NCBI GenBank assembly: GCA_951406725.2
Contig: OX597815.1
Coordinates: 112,406,001-112,470,000 of the forward strand
Origin: Octopus vulgaris
Taxonomy: Eukaryota
Direction: 5' to 3'
DNA: 64,000 nucleotides
Below the pieces are notes generated by a model that was not told the origin of the DNA, made no database searches, and saw only the letters and a list, made by a program, of their open reading frames with translations. The translations under genes and the position numbers were made by a program. This document shows, in pieces, positions 1 to 15,242 of this stretch; the stretch's first letter is position 1, and each line of letters starts with the position of its first letter.

Positions 1-250
1 TAGTTAAGCCAGCATTTATAAAATGGTTCAAATATATACACACAAATTAGTTAAACTTTCTATACAATTAATTTATCTATAAATTTAATATTACAGTCAC
101 TTATAGAATTAACAAATTTATCAACTAATATTATAAGTATTTACTTAAACGAATACTACATAACAAATAAAATTACTACCTATTAGATAATATTTTGTCT
201 TACAAATCTATTTCACAATGTAAATTATATGTAATACGTTAATACACAAG

Positions 251-529
<279 letters not shown>

Positions 530-554
530 AATAACAATAATAATAATAATAATG

Positions 555-635
<81 letters not shown>
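530..635 (+). repeat. (AAT)n microsatellite
   Basis: Near-perfect AAT run. Confidence 0.97.
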
Positions 636-2971
<2,336 letters not shown>

Positions 2972-5900
2972 ACAGAAGAAACATAAAAAAATTACTGACT
3001 CAAGGAGAGATTGACCAAATTAAATAATATAAAAAGAACCAAGCTGCAGCTAAAGTAGATAATACAGAGGAAATAATTATAGACCAGCCCAGGGCTGATA
3101 AAAACGCAGTAAGGATTGAAAGAGTTAGTATAATCGATAGGCAAAGTGAAATACTCCCTCGATCAATCATAAAACACTAAGACAGATGAACATCAAATAG
3201 GTGAAGAAAGTAACACAAATATTGACCCAACAGAACTACATGAGCTAAAAAATCAAATCATGATTGAATGGCTGAAAATTATACACTCCCAAAAATCCAC
3301 AACTCTAACCAAAACATGGAAATAATTGGTAAAATCCGCCTTGCATATATAATTTCAGCTAATGATGTTGATATCACAGATCTCAACCACCTGTACTATG
3401 CATCCGCGAAAATCTCAACGATTCTATGTCGTGAAAAGATTAGAAAACGGTAACATTCCCACAAAAGCCTTCTTGGAAAGAGCGCATCCAACAACAAATT
3501 AAACTACTTAGGTCTGATACTGAATGTTTGAAAAACCTTAAGGTTGACAAGACTACCAAACCTACAGAAAAACCCAAAATTAAAGAAAAAATATAATAAG
3601 AAAACTCTACTTGATATTGATACCACCATAGAAACCATCAAGCAAAAGGTATCTGCTAAAGCTACCCGCATAGCGAGGTATGAAAAGCGTGTTAGATTCT
3701 TCAAGGACAACATGTTCAAAAATGACCCCAAAAATATTTACAGGAAGATATGGAAAACACCAGTTACTGTAAAGTCTGTACCATCAAAAGAAGAAGTGCA
3801 GGGATTTGGGAATGAAATTTGGGCAGAAAAAAAAGCACACAATGAAAAGGTCCCTTGGATTGTTAGAATATCTACAGACATGGACTCCTTAGAGGAGCAA
3901 AAGTGGAAGGGTTTCAAGGTAGAAGATATAAGATCTGCTCTCAGGAGGTCAAGCAAATGGAAGTCTCCAGGAAAGGATAAAATTCCTAACGTATAGTTGA
4001 ATGCATTCCCAGAGAGCCATGAACTGCTAACAGAACTTTACAATGATGTTTTGCATCACCTAATAGGATAGGATACATCCTTGGCTAGTTAATGGTTTAA
4101 CATTCCTGCTTCCAAAACGTGAAATACAAATGAGCAAAAAACTATAGACCCATAACCTGCTTAACAACTATGTATAAAACGCTAACATCTGTCCTGACTG
4201 AATATACCTATAGTTTTTAATAGACAGCAGCATTTTCCCTAATGGACGGAAAGTATGTAAACATGGATCCTATGGTTGTAAAGATCAGCTACTCATCAAT
4301 AAGATGATCTTAGAAGATTGTCACAAACAACACAAAAACTTGTCAATAGCCTGAATAGACTATAAAAAGGCTTTTGATAGCCTACCACATAGCTGGATTA
4401 AGAAATGCCTGGAAATGTATAAAACAGCGCCTACTCTGCGAAACTGTTTGTCAGTAAGTATGAGATCATGGAGAACCACACTAACTTTGAACAGTGACGA
4501 TGAATCTCTAAATGCTGGTGATGTAAAACTTTAATGTAGCATGTTCCAGGGCGACTCACTATCACCTTTTGTTTAGCCTTAATACCTCTCCAAAAATTGC
4601 TCAATGACGCATAGTACAGATATAAAATGCTTGATAAAAATATAAATCATCTCATTTACATGGATGATTTAAAGCTCTTTGCAAAAAATGACCAACAATT
4701 CAAGGGTTTACTATCGATTGTTAAAGAATTCAGTGATGACATCAGAATGCAATTTGGCCTCGATAAATGTGCAAAAGCTTCATTTATCAAAGGTAAAATG
4801 ACAGAAACATCTAACGTTAACCTTGACCAGCAGAATGTCATAAAAGAGTTAGACTCAGTGGAGAGCTACAAGTACCTAGGGGTAATTGAATGGGACGGAA
4901 TAAGGCATTTAGTGATGAAGGAAAGGATCAGGAGAGAATATTATCGCATAGTAAGAGCAATACTCAAGACAGAGCTGAATGCGAGAAACAGGATCGAAGC
5001 GATCAATGCTTTAGCCATGCCAGTCGCGACTTACAGTTTCAATATCGTTAACTGGTCAATTACTGAAATATGTAATCTTGACAGAAAAATACGAACATTG
5101 TTGCCAATGCATAGGATGCACCACCCTAAGGCGGATATAGAACGAGTTTATCTGCCAAGAAAAGAGGGAGGCCGTGGACTTTTACAACTGGCAATGACAA
5201 TGGAGATTGCTACAATTGGCCCAGACACCTACCTGAACAACTCTGAGGAGTGGATGTTAAAACTTGTCTCAAAACATGAAACCAAGAAAGCATACTCAAT
5301 AACAAAACAGGCAAAGGAATATCTAAGTGAATTCCGAATACACCAAATTTCGGAATTAGACATACAAGAAACAAGCACAGAAAAAGTTAAGCGCATGAAA
5401 ACCCGTGCTAAAACTGCTGCTTTATATATTCTGATTGATAAATGGCAAGAACAACCTCTCAATGGCAAAATACCAGGTCAACATATTAACGAACGGCAGT
5501 AGTCCAACATGTCGTGTATGTCAACAATCAATGATCATGTTGTCTCCAAGAGTAGTCTTCTTGCGCCTACAGAGTATCTCAACAGGCATGATAGAGCTGC
5601 ACAATATATTCACTGGGTAATTTGCAAAAACCTGGAGTTGCCCCATGATAAAAACTGGTGGGAACACAAACCACCTCCAGTGCTTGAAAATGATCACATC
5701 TCACTCCTCTGGAACTTCACCATTCAAACTGACAGAATGATAGATGTGAATAGGCCAGACATCACATTGAAAGACTTCAGACAAAAAAACATGCCTCCTC
5801 ATTGATATGACTGTCCCAATCGATATAAACGCATCTGTCAAGATGTACCAAAAACTGAGCAAATATAAAGATCTTGAAATAGAAATCAGCAAAATGTGGA

Positions 5901-6255
5901 ACCAGAAGACTAAAACAATACATGTTGTCTTAGGTGCCCTAGGAATGATAGCAAAAGGGGCTGATTGCTACCTAACTCAGATACCAGGAAACCCCAAAAT
6001 GGCAGAAATTCAAAACATAGGGCTCGTGGGAATTACTCATGTCCTACGCAAAATACTTTCTATGTAATCTCAAGTTTTAAAAGAAACATAATTTTCGTAT
6101 GGTTTTTTACACATTCACTAGTAGAACACTAAGTACAAAACCAAATATATGGCACCCTAGGTATAACACCAACATAAACTTCCAAATTGTTGTCTCTTGA
6201 GGTCCCTGGGTGAAACTTGGCGCCAACTTGTACAAATATAAAGCAAAAGTCAAAC

Positions 6256-6258
<3 letters not shown>
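2972..6258 (+). mobile_element. Decayed R4/Dong-like non-LTR retrotransposon, family B
   Basis: KWKSPGKDKI in ORF 3544-3996; NYRPITCL near 4140; DYKKAFDS near 4360; HLIYMDDLKLF and RMHHPKAD..RKEGGRGL in ORF 4627-5502; RHD..NRPDI in 5509-5805; KYKDL..VVLGALG in 5807-6067. Many stops and frameshifts. Followed by (AAT)n. Confidence 0.9.

Positions 6259-6330
<72 letters not shown>
6259..6330 (+). repeat. (AAT)n microsatellite
   Basis: Perfect AAT run. Confidence 0.97.
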
Positions 6331-7332
6331 GTTGTTTGCTTTGTGGTAGAGGTAGTATTATTTCCGTTTTATATTCGGACTTCTGGATTTTGTCTGAGAA
6401 ATCCTTTTCCCATTGTTTATTAATGGAATTTTGGCTATTTTCGGTTAATTTCGGATTTAGAATTCTTATAAAATATTCTTCTGTTGCTTTTCGTAGTTGT
6501 ACATTTCCATCGTTTTTGTTGTGGTTTCAAGTATTGTGGGTAACTACGAATGGAATATTTGTAGTTGTATTTTTATTTTCACATCTACCCTGAGTGTTTC
6601 TCTGCAAGGTAGAGATTGGGATTTCCTTTGCTTTTGTCATGGCATGTTGACATAATTAGTTGAGATATTTTTGTTTCTGCGGAATATGTTAAGTTATGTT
6701 TCTCTTCTAACAGTGACTATTGAGCATATGCACCTTGCCATATTAAATCGTATGTTCCTTTTTGTGTAGGAAGTGTGGTAAGATCTAAAATCTAAATATT
6801 GGTGTGTGTCTGTGCTAGTTTAGTAGAGGTCTGCAGTAACTGTCTCATTTTCTTTAACTGTCAGGATATCCAAAAAGGGGAGTTCCTTGCTATTCATTTT
6901 CATAGCTAATTGGATTGAATGTAATTTATTAATTTAAGAAATTTTATAATGTCTCACTTATTTCGGTTCCAAAGTATGAAGCATTCATCTAAGAATGTTT
7001 TCAAGTTTCCGATAAAGTAGGTTTGAAGGTACTGGTCAAAAATAACTCTGGATAGGGTGTAGATTTTTTTGTCTTCAAGGTATCCCATTAATAGTGTGGT
7101 AAATGTTGGTTCTACATTCGTCCCCATCGCATTGCCTTGTATTTGTATTGATTGCCAAAGACAAAATAGTTGTTTTCTAGTTCTACCTGTAAACTTTCAA
7201 GTACAAATTCTTTTGATAATCTCTCCTGAATTCTTGTTGTTTGTTTATCAGGGAATTCTACTGCTTCTCGTCCATATATATGATGGGTAATTTTGAAGAG
7301 ACTAGTTACGTCAAAGCTAACTAGTACTATAT

Positions 7333-7335
<3 letters not shown>
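6331..7335 (-). mobile_element. Penelope-like element relic (RT motifs and GIY-YIG C-terminus, internally deleted)
   Basis: Minus-strand translation gives LVSFDVTSLF (~7295-7325), QGNAMGTNVEPTFTTLLMGYL (~7075-7140), LDECFILW (~6970-6992), LPFLDIL (~6863-6884), TDTHQYLDFRSYH (~6775-6813) and RKATEEYFIRILNPKL (~6445-6493). These are typical PLE motifs. Confidence 0.8.
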
Positions 7336-7366
<31 letters not shown>

Positions 7367-7636
7367 GTTTTCCTTAAAAATATGTACGTATCTATGCTTG
7401 CTTATAGATCGGTAGGAATATTTTTATAAACACTCATATGTACTCTTGACACTCACGAAGATTTTCTATAACATGCCTTTAGAGACATGTAATGGCCAGG
7501 TAAGACGCAAGTTAGATTCCTAAGGAGGAGACTTATTTCACAAATTAGGAATTTTATCTGGTAAAGTCAGTGGTCTAAGAAGTAGAGCACAAATCTTGGA
7601 AGAGAAAACGTTGAACCAACTGAAATCTAGAGAATA

Positions 7637-10140
7637 GATTCGATCTATGACGAACCAACAAGGTGAGTTGATAAACGAGTCCGAGGAGATGTGTGAGGCC
7701 TTTCAGGAGCACTTCGCTCAGCTTTTCGGTGGGGGCGGCGGACTGGATAGGAGGAGGGCCTTTACATGACCTCCTCGACGGGCTGCCGCGCCTATCGGGG
7801 CGAGATGCGGAGGGCTGTGAAGGGCCAATCACGCCTGGGGAGGTGGTTGAGGCGATGGCGGACGACTGCGGCGCGGGCAAGGCGCCCGGTTTAGATGGTC
7901 TACTCTATGAGTTATATAAGAGTATGCCAGACTTGTTCGGGCACCTACTGGCGGAGGTCTATGCGAACTGGCAGCAGAACGGGTTCATACCCAGATCTGT
8001 GAGCCGGGGAGTAGTGACACTCGTCAGAAAGGACCCGAGCAAGGGGGAGTGCATTGATAATTTCAGGCCCATAACTCTGCTAAACACAGAGTTGAAGATT
8101 TTGGCCAAAGTGTTATCGAAAAGATTGGCGCGTGTCGCGGATGGTCTGATCGGGGAGGAACAGACATGTGCCGTTCCCGGCAGAACCATTCAGGATAATC
8201 TCCATCTTATGCGGTACACTATAGAGGGGTTTAATGGTGATTCTGGCAAGGGTGGGGCACTGGTCCATTTAGACCAATCTAAAGCATTCGATAGGGTCGA
8301 CCATCGCTACCTGGTGTCTGCCCTGGCACAGTTCGGGCTGGGCCTTGACTTCCTCAGGTGGATTATCCAAATTTACGATAACATCGACTTGGTAGTTCGG
8401 GTGAACGGCTTCTTGTCGAAGCCGTTCAACATCAAGCGCTCGGTTCGTCAACGGTGTCCGCTCTCCCCGCTTTTGTACGTGGTGCCTCTTGAGCCATTAC
8501 TGCGAAAACTGAGCGGCATCCCGAGACAGCCAGGCTGTGGAAAATCGGTGTCAGCGTACGCGAATGACATCACCATCATCGTAACCGAAATGGATCAGCT
8601 ACAGAGGGTGGGCAAGGCCATAGAGGTTTACGAGACGGTGACAGGAGCAACGGTTAATCGTGAAAAGTCAGTCGGCTTGCAACTCGGCACCTAGAGAGGC
8701 AAGTCGATGCCTCCTGATAGCGTCGTGGGACGTTGGACGGAGGGTCCGATTAAGTTGCTAGTGGTTTGGTTCGGTCCAGACCTCCAAATAGAGAAGAATT
8801 GGGGCGAGGTATCGAGCAGGGTGGCTGCAGTAACCAAGACCTGGTCTTGGCGGTGGCTATCCCTGAAAGGGAGGGCGGAGGTAGCCAATGTGTTTATCGC
8901 ATCGGTTATCACCTACCGCCTTTCGGTCATTCCTTGCCCTGATTCGTGGTTGAACAAGTTGGAAAGACAGCTTTTTTGCTTCTTGTGGAAGGGCGGGAAA
9001 CAACTTGTGAAACGCTCTACTTGCTGTCAACAACCGTTAAAGGGTGGGCTAGGGATGCCTTGGCTAGATGATGCGCAGACATGCGCGGAGGTTAAGACAT
9101 CTGTGGCTCTACCTGGATGGTGAACGGGTGTGGTCTCCGCTAGCAAAACTGATGTTTCTCAAGTTCACTAGTTTCGGTGGATGGGAAACCTGGCTGAATC
9201 GTAGATCGAAACTGGGCACATGGTACACGGAGTGTCGCAAGGCTCTCCTGCTATTCCGTCGCTCGGGCAACGCCTGCGGTGGGGGCTCCACCACATTCTT
9301 CTATAGAGGGTTGGTAGAGGCGGAATGTGAAGATACCTTGGGGGAAACCCTAGGTCTCGACGATAATCAGCTGGCCAGTCTGTTCCGACGTACGTTCGAG
9401 CCGAAGACCCTGGACAACTTCCAGAAGTCTCTGGCATGGCAATGCTACAGAGGAGCTCTACCTGTTCGGGATAAACTCGCGAGGCACGGTGGCCAAGACA
9501 GTCCGATATGTCCAAGATGCGAGCGGGATAGGGAAACCGTCCCGCACGCTATTGTTCATTGTTCGGTCGTGTCTGAGGTGTGGGTTTATGGCGAACAGCA
9601 CACGAAGAGTACAGCTGTCGACTGAGTCTATTATAAAAATTGACCCACCAGATTTCCTCGCGAAAGAAGGTAAGAATTGTTTTCTCGTTGTAGTAGCAAC
9701 TGCGGAAGAGGTGATTTGGAAGACTAGAATGAAAGGTTTACGGTCAGGTAAGTTCATCTCCGGCCCTGGATTGATGAATTACTTCATCTTTCACCTAAAA
9801 AGGAAGATAGGTCTGGAGAGAAAATGCCTGACTAAGAGAGTGTATGAAGAACGATGGCAGGATGTAGCACGAAAGTTGCGAGTGGATGATACCACATAAG
9901 TGTAAAACTAGATGAAACCAAAGTATCAGTGGGGAGGCGGGGCTCGTGGGGTCCGAGCTAAACCCGCTCCCACTCCATCCGTAATGTCTTCCGGTCTGTT
10001 CTCCATTCGATTTATATTTGTATTTTATTGAATTTTTAAACTCATCTTTGTGTAACCCCATTCGTGTATCTGACCCCACATCAGATTGTATTGTCCCCTC
10101 TATGTTCGCCCCTTGTGGGTAATAATAAAACCATTCCAGT
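7637..10140 (+). mobile_element. 5'-truncated Tx1/L1-clade LINE (ORF2 RT and C-terminal zinc finger, disrupted)
   Basis: ORF 7693-8694 has GKAPGLDGL, NFRPITLLN, EEQTC..PGRTIQDN, LDQSKAFDRVDH, SVRQRCPLSPLLY and YAND (degenerate YADD). It continues through 8707-9899 with LSLKGRA, LKGGLGMP and CPRC..ETVPHAIVHC. GC-rich island. The 3' UTR ends in hairpin + AATAATAAAA. Confidence 0.92.
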
Positions 10141-10261
10141 CTGTTATATATTTTGAATATTGTTATCACTAGCCGTATCAAGATATAACTTTGTAATTTG
10201 CATTTTATGTGTAGATGTATATACATAGATGTACATGTAATATGTACACATATATACATGC

Positions 10262-10303
10262 ACTAGCACTATGACCCGGCAACGACGGGTCTTTAATGCT
10301 AGT
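10262..10303 (+). mobile_element. Tiny Helitron-type terminus (hairpin + CTAG)
   Basis: GACCCG-gcaacga-CGGGTC hairpin (10273-10291), followed 7 nt later by CTAG|T, the Helitron 3' end layout. Ends ACTAGCA/TGCTAGT are inverted. Confidence 0.45.
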
Positions 10304-10332
10304 ATATATATATATATATTTGTGTGTGTGTG

Positions 10333-10379
<47 letters not shown>

Positions 10380-11143
10380 CGTATAAAAATTGTTGTTTCC
10401 ATATATTTTTTTAGATATAGATCTTTATATTCTTTGTGTAAACTTTAAACATATTACTTAGACAGAATTTAATGTTCATAAACTCGTACTCAAGCAGGTG
10501 TTCCTATTATAATTTTTGGCGATTTATGCATTCTATGAAAACAACATCTCGAAACTGTCTGAACCTGTCTCGTTGAGAAAAAATCGCATATGCTGAATTT
10601 TAAAAATATCACGTTAATGAATCGAATAAATGAATAACTATTCAATGTAGGCATTAATAAATCATGAGTAAAGATGTGATTATACAATGTAAAAGACGAT
10701 GTGTGAGAAAAAAATATGATCTGAATGCTATTAATGGCACATCTCAAAATTTCAAACATACATATTAGAGCACAGCCACAAAGCTAAAAATATCTCAAAA
10801 CTGGCAAGAGATCAGAAAGCAAGCAATTCCCATGAGGCTTATAAAGATCCATCAGAAATTTATTTTTCAACATGTGCAATGTTAGAGATCAGGCCCAAGA
10901 AGTGTGAGGAAACTGCTTACGCTGCAGATTTCTGCGTAAAGAAATAAACGAAAGTTTATATTGTAATGTTTATATGCTATTAAATTACCAATAAGCTCAA
11001 CAACGCTTTAGGCATTCAGATTTCAAAGCACATACCTGCATAGGATTGAGGCATTTGACAATCAGATACGGTTATAACATCTTGGTTGGAAATATTATCA
11101 TCCGTGTTATATGCATATATAAACATCTCTCTCTCTCTCTCTC

Positions 11144-11267
<124 letters not shown>

Positions 11268-11270
11268 TAT

Positions 11271-11590
11271 GTAGGTCCCGGGTTGAGTCGGGGTTAACCA
11301 CAGTAAATAAGGTACCCAAAACATAGCAGAGTAAATTAACTTATTTTATAGAAGGAGCTTCTACAGGACTAGAACTGTTTCATTCAAATGAAATCATCAG
11401 AAAGCTTGGTGTCAAGAATAGTTTTGGCATTTATACATTTAGGCAGATTTAATGGGGTGGTGGTGAGGGACTTTTTTGGGGTAGGAAACTGTCTTTCCTA
11501 GGGGAGTGGTCAAAAGAATCAGTGATAAGTAGATAAATGAATAAATAGAATAATAGAATAGAGTTTTAGGTAAATAAGAAGACTATCGCT
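11271..11590 (-). mobile_element. Penelope-type pLTR-like repeat, left copy of an inverted pair
   Basis: 11342-11590 is the reverse complement of ~15243-15502 (few substitutions, one 9-nt indel) and carries a hammerhead. Confidence 0.75.
11356..11406 (-). ncRNA. Type I hammerhead ribozyme
   Basis: Minus strand reads AGCTTT-CTGATGA-tTTCAttTGAAt-GAAACAG-ttctagtc-CTGT-A-GAAGCT. All core nucleotides are present, stems I/II/III pair, and the cleavage triplet is GUA. Confidence 0.8.
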
Positions 11591-11599
11591 TATATATAT

Positions 11600-11835
11600 A
11601 TATATATATATACATATATACATACACATATGTATATATATATACATATATATACACATACACATATAAACATACACATACATACACACACACATATATA
11701 CACATACACATACACATACATACACACACACATATATATACATATATATACAAATACACATACACCTACATGCCAACATGCAAGCACACGCACACATATA
11801 TCTACACATATATATAAAAGAATATACACACCCAT

Positions 11836-11893
<58 letters not shown>

Positions 11894-12578
11894 ACATGCA
11901 CATATATACACACACATTTCCTCCCTTATTTTATTTTTATTTTATTTTGACCTCTTCAAAGGGTGTAATTTATGACCTACCTACCATCCGATACACATTT
12001 AGTGGCGCTGGGGTAGACCGTCCCCAGGGTGCTCGCCCTTCTCCCTTCCTTTCTATCTCTTATCCCACGGACACGAACGCAAACACTTACACACACACAC
12101 ACTCACACGCACACTCGTACACATACACAAACACACGTTCTCTCGCCCATTTCCTTCCCATCCACTCATACTTATGTATGTATCTCTCTCTACAAGCACA
12201 TATATACATATATATGTATATCTGTGCTTGTAGAGAGAGATACATATATATGTATATATGTGCTTGTAGAGAGAGATACATACATAAGTATGAGTGGATG
12301 GGAAGGAAATGAGCGAGAGAACATGTGTGTTTGTGTATGTGTACGAGTGTGCGTGTGAGTGTGTGTGCGTGTGTAAGTGTTTGCGTTCGTGTCCGTGGGA
12401 TAAGAGATAGAAAGGAAGGGAGAAGGGCGAGCACCCTGGGGACGGTCTACCCCAGCGCCACTAAATGTGTATCGGATGGTAGGTAGGTCATAAATTACAC
12501 CCTTTATGACTTTGAAGAGGTCAAAATGAAAATAAAAATAAAATAAGGGAGGAAATGTGTGTGTATATATGTGCATGT

Positions 12579-12638
<60 letters not shown>

Positions 12639-12870
12639 AAATATATGCGTATATATAAACATATATGTACGTACCTACCTCTACATGTACATATACACGC
12701 ATATATGTGTACAGGACACCAAAAGGACGTCGAACACATAGAGAGACGAAAAACATAGACACAAACCAAGGAACAAGACAAGCAAAAAAAGGAGATACAG
12801 GACAATAAGCACAACGAAAAATCCCCTTCTTCAGTCGCTAAAGTTTCATCTACTAAACGTTTCAAAGGAT

Positions 12871-12911
<41 letters not shown>

Positions 12912-13125
12912 ATGGGTGTGTATATTCTTTTATATATATATATGTGTAGATATATGTGTGCGTGTGCTTGCATGTTGGCATGTAGGTGTATGTGTATTTG
13001 TATATATATGTATATATATGTGTGTATGTATATATATGTGTGTGTGTATGTATGTGTATGTGTATATATGTGTGTGTGTATGTATGTGTATGTGTATATG
13101 TATGTGTGTATATATATATGTGTAT
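11600..13125. repeat. Large near-perfect palindrome (fold-back) centred near 12211
   Basis: ~11890-12210 is the reverse complement of ~12250-12585, and ~11610-11880 of ~12880-13125. The right arm has an extra ~38-nt duplication and a ~240-nt insertion. Confidence 0.92.
12635..12872 (-). mobile_element. Unrelated ~240-bp repeat fragment inserted in the (AT)n of the palindrome's right arm
   Basis: Absent from the mirror position in the left arm; (AT)n on both sides. Confidence 0.6.
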
Positions 13126-13126
13126 A

Positions 13127-13169
<43 letters not shown>

Positions 13170-13170
<1 letters not shown>

Positions 13171-15242
13171 GATCAAAATAAAAACATGATGCCAAGGATT
13201 CAGCGGTACATATGTTTCGGGCCTTTATTAGACAGATTTATAACAATGCATAATGTATGTCTGTGGCCTTCTTCAGCCGCGCACAACAGCTTCCACAAGG
13301 ACATGTGTTACATCAAAAATTCTTGGTTGGGGATGCAAATCCTCTCACTCGCGTACGACATAATGCGGCAACAGCATAGAATTGAAGCGTCCATCTCTTT
13401 CTTCTCTCAATGTAGAATGAGGAAATTTGGATGTTGAAGTAATGTAAATAAATAAATACATATATAGACGTGAAGATGGAGGGGCGAGAATTCAGGACGA
13501 AGGATAAAAAATATATAAAAAGTGTAAGTATAGAAAAATATAAAAATGTAGAGTATAAAGATATAAAGAGATATAAGGAGATATAAAGGGGATATAAAGA
13601 ATATAAAGAAATATAAATGAATGTAAAGGCATAAGGTTATAAAGTAAAAATAGAAATAGAAATAAAAGTAAAAAGTAAAAAAATAAAAATAGGAATAAAA
13701 ATGATAAAAATGTAAAAAAATATAAAGATAAAGGATGTATAGAGGTTACAGACCAAACATGGTGGTCAGGAAATTGATAAAATTTAGTTGTAGAAGCTTT
13801 GGGTGTCAATAAATCAACATGGTCGTCTGGGGACCTAGTGTATTGTAAATCAGAGCTGTTGAGCGGTTAATCTAGTTCTTTGAATTAATTGGTCATCATG
13901 TACATACATACCATCATGGATACATACACCCATATACACGCGCACATATACGCGCGCATACACGGCTCCAAGCGTATAAGCATACATACGCACTCACGTG
14001 TGAACATGTACATAAACACATATACACCCACACACACGCGCGCGTATATACACACATACAACAGAATATGCGCATATATACACGGACATTATACGTGTAC
14101 ACACCCATATATACATACGTACGTCCATCCTTACATACACATACACAGATGCCCACGCGTCCAGGTTTAGATATAAGATATTAAAGGATGTATATAAGAA
14201 TGTATATAAGAACGTATGTAAAGAATCACGCACTCACGTCTACACGGGCACGCACACACGGCTGTGTGTCCATATGTGCGTGCACATATACACTTACATA
14301 CACATATACACTTACATACACACACAGAGACATACGCGCATATGGGTATAGCTATAAGATGTTAAAAGATGTATACAAATAGGTGTAAACATATGCATAT
14401 AAGAAATCTGCGAAAACATGTAAAAAAATGTAAAGAAATACGTAAGAAATTTTTAAAAAATCTTAAAAAAACCTTTAAAATATTTAAAAAAAATTTTTTT
14501 TAAATTTAAAAAAAATTTTTTTTTAATTATTAAAGAAAATTATTAGAGATGAGTAACGGGGTATGCACATCCAGACGCAGATGTTTACTCGTACATATGT
14601 ACACATATGTATACGTATACATACGTACACGGACGCTCGTATAATCATAAAGCGGATCCATAGGTAAGTAAATAAGCGATAAGCAAAAAAAATAGACATA
14701 TATAGAGATATAAAGCGATAAGTTAGGGGTAAGAATGAGGGTAAGAATAAAAATTAGAAATAAAAGTAAGAAATACAATATAAAATAAGAAATACAATAT
14801 AAAAGTTAGAAATGAAATATAAAAATTATAAAAATTATAAGAATTAATATAAGGGATGAAAATAAAAATAAGAATAAAGGTAAAGTGAAATAGAATAGGT
14901 TAAAGCAAAATAAAAATATAATCTGGTAAAGTTTAACATGAGATGAAGGTGGTTGAAAGTTAAAGGTGTGTGTTAAAGGTGCCCACGTAGGGGCGGGCGG
15001 GGGGAACTGAAAATTGGAAGGGTGGGAAGTGGAGTATGGCGGTGTGCGTTCAACATCCGAGTTAGAAATGTGAAAGGGTATAGATATAGGGAAATAAAGA
15101 GACTAGATAGGAAGGATATGGGTGTAGGAGAAGAAATATGTAGGGGAAAAAAACATATATGGGAGACAAAATGTGTATATATAGGAGGAAAATGCAGGGA
15201 AAAATATATGCACATACACACACACACATATATATATATATA
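13170..15242. repeat. Purine-skewed low-complexity body of probable non-autonomous Penelope-like repeat(s)
   Basis: Non-coding, A-rich/RY-rich mosaic between hammerhead-bearing segments. The family assignment is inference. Confidence 0.35.
13203..13280 (-). ncRNA. Minimal type I hammerhead with palindromic stem III (PLE-type)
   Basis: Minus strand reads GCGG-CTGAAGA-aGGCC(acaga...tctgt...)GGCCc-GAAAC-ATAT-GTA-CCGC. Stem I is GCGG/CCGC; stem III region ACATATGT is self-complementary. Confidence 0.75.

Noticed and set aside
12505-12535. TTGAAGA..GAAA hammerhead-like string in the palindrome
   Set aside because: C3 is missing and there is no stem III/NUH or stem I.
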